Below, piece by piece: positions 34,780 to 38,428 of a stretch of 38,428 nucleotides of DNA. Numbering within the stretch: position 1 is the stretch's first letter; every line of letters begins with the position of its first letter. The translations under genes and the position numbers were made by a program. Source of the stretch: Syntrophorhabdaceae bacterium (GTDB lineage: Bacteria; Desulfobacterota; Syntrophorhabdia; Syntrophorhabdales; Syntrophorhabdaceae); contig JAOAFK010000098.1 of the NCBI GenBank assembly GCA_026416315.1, positions 1 through 38,428 on the forward strand, written 5' to 3'. The notes below the pieces were generated by a model, which saw nothing but the letters and a program-made list of their open reading frames with translations, did no database searches and had not been told where the DNA came from.

Positions 34780-36909
34780 TTATAGTCTTCCTTTCAATCT
34801 TTCAATATCACAGGGCAATTCATACACCCTTACTCCTGTTGCATCGGCTATAGCATTTATAATACTTGCAGCCTGGGGGATGAGGGCAGGCTCGCCCACA
34901 CCTTTTGCTCCAAATGGCCCCGTTGGCTCCTCATCTTCTAATATGAAAGTTTCTATTTCAGGCATATCCATGGACGTAGGTATATAGTAGTTATCGAAGG
35001 ATAGGGTTTTACCAGGTATAAATTCTTCCATAAGGGCAAACCCTATGCCCATGGCTATACCGCCATAGATTTGACCTTTAATATTATTAACATTTATTGC
35101 CTTTCCCACATCGTGGGCTGCATGGACTTTAATCACATTTGTATAACCTGTTATTGTGTCAACTTCTACCTCAGTCATATGGGTGGCATAGGCATATGTT
35201 GCATAAGGAACTCCTTTTGAAGTGTTAGGGTCAAGGGGGGTTGTAGGTGGGTCAAAAAAACCTTCGAACACAGGAAATCCTTTGTCTCTATACTTTTTTA
35301 CTATGGACTTGAGATCTCTGTTTTTATAAAAACCTTCATTTTCAAGAAATTTTCTCATCTCCACTGCTGCGTTATATACAGCCCTTCCAGATATATATGT
35401 CTGTCTGCTTGCAGATGTGGAACCTGCATCCTTTGTGAAATCCGTATCGGCCCTTATTAAAAGGATATCATTTCTGTCTATTTCGAGGGTTTCGCACAGA
35501 ATCTGCACAAAGACCGTGTCAGAACCCTGTCCTATTTCGCATGCCCCTGTATATAGCAATATTTTTCCATCCTCACTTATGGATAATATTCCATATGATG
35601 GGTTTGATATACCGGTATTTCCCATACCGTAGAACATGGAGCCTAAGCCAAAACCCCTTCCATCTTTTTTAATCCTGCCTATCCAGTAGGGTTCAATTGC
35701 CTTTAGGGTATCAAGATAGCCTACACTTGCTTCAAGAAGCTGTGATGTGGCCGTTAAAGAGCCTCTTCTTAAACCGTTTAAAAATCTTATTTGAAGGGGG
35801 TCTATTTTAATTTCATTAGCCATTAGATCCATCTGTGATTCATGGGCAAAGGCAATCTGGGGCACACCAAAACCCCTCATGGCACCACTTATTGGATTAT
35901 TTGTATAAAACATCCTGCTGTCTACATGGACATTTGGAATTTCATAAGGACCTGTTGCATGAATCGCTGCCCTTAAGCATACAGTTTCTCCATATGATAT
36001 ATAAGGACCTGTGTCACCTATGATATCAACCTTTATGGCCTTTATCTTTCCGTCCTTTGTAGCACCTGTCTTGTAATTGATGTATAGGGGATGCCTCTTT
36101 GTATTAGATAGAAAGCTTTCTTCCCTTGTATATCTCATAAGAACTGGTCTTTTTGTATGATATACTGCAAGGCCGATATACCCTTCCACAGTAAGGTCGA
36201 GTTTACCACCAAAACCACCACCTGTTGTGGCCTGAATGATTCTTACTTTTTCTTCTGGAATATTTAGTATTCTCGATATCTCTTTTCTTTTGTAATGCAC
36301 ATTCTGTGTGGAAGATACTACAACTATTCTTCCTTTATCATCAGGATATCCAAAACCAGCCTCTGTTTCAAGATATGCATGATCAAGCCATGTGGTTTTA
36401 TATTGTCTTTCAATCACCACATCCGATTCTTTAAAACCTTTTTCTACATCACCTTTTATGACCTTCCTATGGGATAGGAGATTACCTTTTTCATGGATGA
36501 GTGTTGACGATCCCATGGATTTATATGGATCTGTAATAATCTCCATATCTTCATATTCAATGTCTATAAGCTTTGCTGCTTCTCTTGCCTTTTTTTCACT
36601 TTCTGCGATGACTATAAGTATCGGCTCGCCTATGTATCTCACAATGTCTTTTGCGAGGAGAGGTTGGTCTTTTTTTATTACACCAAAAAAAGGGTTTCCG
36701 GGTATATCTCCATGGCTTAATATCTTTATAACTCCATGGAGTTCAAGGGCTTTATCAATTCTTATGGACTTTATCTTTGCATGAGGTCTTTGGCTTCTAA
36801 CCAGAACAGCAAAGACCATACCGTCCATGGAATAATCACCTGCATAGAGTGCCTTACCTTTTACCTTTTCAATGGCATCTATTCTGTCAATACTGGTATA
36901 TATGGGCAT
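34780..36909 (-). CDS. xanthine dehydrogenase-family molybdopterin-binding (large) subunit
   Basis: The 709-aa protein has an a/b-hammerhead N-terminus (GKALYAGD), QATTGGGFGGK, SGAMRGFGVPQ, EIGQGS and the catalytic-Glu motif AKGVGEPALIP. Confidence 0.9.
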   Translation of the reverse strand: MPIYTSIDRIDAIEKVKGKALYAGDYSMDGMVFAVLVRSQRPHAKIKSIRIDKALELHGVIKILSHGDIPGNPFFGVIKKDQPLLAKDIVRYIGEPILIVIAESEKKAREAAKLIDIEYEDMEIITDPYKSMGSSTLIHEKGNLLSHRKVIKGDVEKGFKESDVVIERQYKTTWLDHAYLETEAGFGYPDDKGRIVVVSSTQNVHYKRKEISRILNIPEEKVRIIQATTGGGFGGKLDLTVEGYIGLAVYHTKRPVLMRYTREESFLSNTKRHPLYINYKTGATKDGKIKAIKVDIIGDTGPYISYGETVCLRAAIHATGPYEIPNVHVDSRMFYTNNPISGAMRGFGVPQIAFAHESQMDLMANEIKIDPLQIRFLNGLRRGSLTATSQLLEASVGYLDTLKAIEPYWIGRIKKDGRGFGLGSMFYGMGNTGISNPSYGILSISEDGKILLYTGACEIGQGSDTVFVQILCETLEIDRNDILLIRADTDFTKDAGSTSASRQTYISGRAVYNAAVEMRKFLENEGFYKNRDLKSIVKKYRDKGFPVFEGFFDPPTTPLDPNTSKGVPYATYAYATHMTEVEVDTITGYTNVIKVHAAHDVGKAINVNNIKGQIYGGIAMGIGFALMEEFIPGKTLSFDNYYIPTSMDMPEIETFILEDEEPTGPFGAKGVGEPALIPQAASIINAIADATGVRVYELPCDIERLKGRL

Positions 36910-36913
36910 GTTT

Positions 36914-38221
36914 TTAACCTCTTAAAATTTTTATAAGGAGGCCTTCAAGGACAGGAAGTTTGTATTTATATGATGGTCTCATCCCGCTTTTTTCTACAAT
37001 TCCTTTTAAAACCATCGAAACAGCTTCTTTTATCAAAGCCTCTTGTCTTTTTTTACCCTTCAGAAAATTTTCCACATCTTTTGGTCTAAAAGGCATGGGT
37101 GTGCAAGAACCTATAGAAATCCTAATATCTTGGAAGACATCTTTATCTTCTTTAATTGCATATGCAATAGACAGGCGGGCTATGGCAAGGGAAGCCCTTT
37201 TTGCAACCTTTTCGTATCCTTCTCTGTAGCCTTCAAGAGATGTGATCTTTATATATGTGAGGAGTTCATCTTCATTTATGGATGTTTTATATGGTGCAAC
37301 AACAAAATCTTCAAGGGCCACCTCTCTCTTTGTATTTTTTGATTCAATAACACATAAGGCATCGTGAATTAAAAGGGGAGGGATGGAATCAGCCGCAGGT
37401 GAGGCATTGATTATATTTCCACCTATTGTTCCCATATTTCTGATCTGGGGGCTACCAATCATGCCACATGCTAAAGCAAGGCTTTTTGCCTTTTTATTTA
37501 TGGTTTCATTTCTGTTTAGTTCAGCATGGGTAATGGTAGAACCCACTATAATTTTTCCATTTTCTTCTTTTACAACATTAAGTTCATCCAAACCCCATAA
37601 TTCTATAAAATCATGAGTTTTTTCTTCTTTTCTTTCTTTAACAAGGAGGTCTGTACCACCAGCAATAATTTTTAAACCCTTTTTTTCAGAGAGTTTTTTC
37701 AGTATCTCCTCTTTACTACTATGCGGTTGTATCTTCTTTTCTACAGATGGTATATTATCCAATATGCCGTATATCTCAACTTTTTGGATGGCCTCAACAA
37801 TCTGCTTGTATCCTGTACATCTGCAAAGATTTCCGCTGATTGCCTCTTTTATTTTTGTAATATAGGGTTTCTTTTCTTTTAGAAGAAGACTATAGGCGGA
37901 AAGGAGCATGCCTGGTGTACAGTATCCGCACTGAACGGCCCCTTCCTTTATAAATGCTTCCTGCAAGGGATGTAGTTCACCATTAGCATTTAAAAACTCC
38001 ACTGTTTTTACATCACAACCATTTACCTTTGAAGAAAGGGTAAGACATGAATAGTGTGGTTCATTGTCAATAAGAACTGTACATGTTCCACATTCACCGA
38101 TTCCACAACCTTCCTTTACGCTTTTTATTGAGAATCTTTCCCTTAATGTATAGATGAGTCTTTCGTTTTTATCAACCTCACATTCCACATTATTTCCATT
38201 TAAAATGAAAGATATTATCAT
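36914..38221 (-). CDS. fused [2Fe-2S] (small) and FAD-binding (medium) subunit of the Mo-hydroxylase
   Basis: In the 435-aa protein, aa 1-146 carry CGIGECGTC...C and QCGYCTPG...CRCTGY. Aa ~165-435 carry IIAGGTDLL, IRNMGTIGGNI and a CO-dehydrogenase-flavoprotein-like C-terminus. The gap to the Mo subunit is 4 nt. Confidence 0.9.
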   Translation of the reverse strand: MIISFILNGNNVECEVDKNERLIYTLRERFSIKSVKEGCGIGECGTCTVLIDNEPHYSCLTLSSKVNGCDVKTVEFLNANGELHPLQEAFIKEGAVQCGYCTPGMLLSAYSLLLKEKKPYITKIKEAISGNLCRCTGYKQIVEAIQKVEIYGILDNIPSVEKKIQPHSSKEEILKKLSEKKGLKIIAGGTDLLVKERKEEKTHDFIELWGLDELNVVKEENGKIIVGSTITHAELNRNETINKKAKSLALACGMIGSPQIRNMGTIGGNIINASPAADSIPPLLIHDALCVIESKNTKREVALEDFVVAPYKTSINEDELLTYIKITSLEGYREGYEKVAKRASLAIARLSIAYAIKEDKDVFQDIRISIGSCTPMPFRPKDVENFLKGKKRQEALIKEAVSMVLKGIVEKSGMRPSYKYKLPVLEGLLIKILRG

Positions 38222-38224
38222 ACC

Positions 38225-38428
38225 TTATCTCCCCATGAGGCTTGGTAAAAACAAAGCTATTTTGGGAAAAATTGTAAGGATTATAGCAACTGCTATAATT
38301 GCGAGAAGAAAAGGTGTTGATCCTTTAAAGATTTCAGTCATGGGTACATCCTTTGCAATTCCAGCAAGGGTATAGACATTTAAACCAACAGGTGGTGTGA
38401 TAAGACCTGCCTCCATCATAAGAACCGC
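38225..38428 (-). CDS. TRAP transporter large permease (DctM-like), C-terminal fragment; the 5' end lies outside the window
   Basis: The frame is open to the window edge. The tail ...MMEAGLITPPVGLNVYTLAGIAKDVPMTEIFKGSTPFLLAIIAVAIILTIFPKIALFLPSLM is typical of a DctM C-terminus. The stop lies 3 nt before the FeS/FAD gene start. Confidence 0.8.
   Translation of the reverse strand, partial: AVLMMEAGLITPPVGLNVYTLAGIAKDVPMTEIFKGSTPFLLAIIAVAIILTIFPKIALFLPSLMGR

Noticed and set aside
1-38428. A window-wide look for CRISPR arrays, tRNA/rRNA genes, IS elements, toxin-antitoxin pairs or known defence-system genes.
   Set aside because: No regularly spaced direct repeats, no cloverleaf-capable intergenic segments (the largest gaps are 181, 110, 86 and 62 nt) and no transposase, nuclease or ATPase defence-type ORFs were seen. 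A by-eye scan cannot exclude short ncRNAs inside or antisense to genes.

Overview
This is a 38.4-kb, AT-rich, very gene-dense bacterial chromosomal window. I found no rRNA, tRNA, CRISPR array or recognisable mobile element. All homology calls come from reading the translated ORFs and recalling family motifs; no searches were run. LptE-, LapB- and AsmA-like genes suggest a diderm, and the redox genes suggest an anaerobe. The K/E/I-rich proteins would fit a thermophile such as a Thermodesulfovibrio/Nitrospirota-like organism, but I cannot verify the taxon.

Nt 1-19777 (+ strand) is an ordinary co-directional run of 19 housekeeping genes with no gap above 41 nt: proB(partial)-proA-nadD-rsfS-dksA-like-lapB-like-comF-asmA/yhdP-like-DUF2520-cobB-xerC-hslVU-argBDFG-leuS-lptE-like.

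From 19794 to the end, almost everything is on the - strand, in this order:
- rpsT.
- A gene string of etfB, an etfA carrying a duplicated N-terminal ferredoxin domain, a membrane FeS/CCG oxidoreductase and a gamma-CA-like LbH protein, followed by a PAS-only protein and a 5xPAS-LuxR regulator.
- ctpA.
- An isolated + strand GYD gene with its own promoter and a bidirectional terminator.
- A tightly coupled operon of at least seven genes: TRAP permease (partial), a 2Fe-2S/FAD fusion subunit, a molybdopterin subunit, an enamidase-like amidohydrolase, a 6-hydroxynicotinate-reductase-like FeS protein, a UPF0280 (ApbE-like) protein and an AA_synth-family protein.

That last operon is the most interesting candidate. 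It looks like the upper, ring-reducing and ring-opening part of a nicotinate-type N-heterocycle catabolic pathway. It differs from the Eubacterium barkeri paradigm in its Mo-hydroxylase architecture, carries two uncharacterised families and shows none of the known downstream enzymes in this window.

The second candidate is the Fix-like Etf module, which has a CCG-type membrane partner where a FixC-type ETF-quinone oxidoreductase would be expected.
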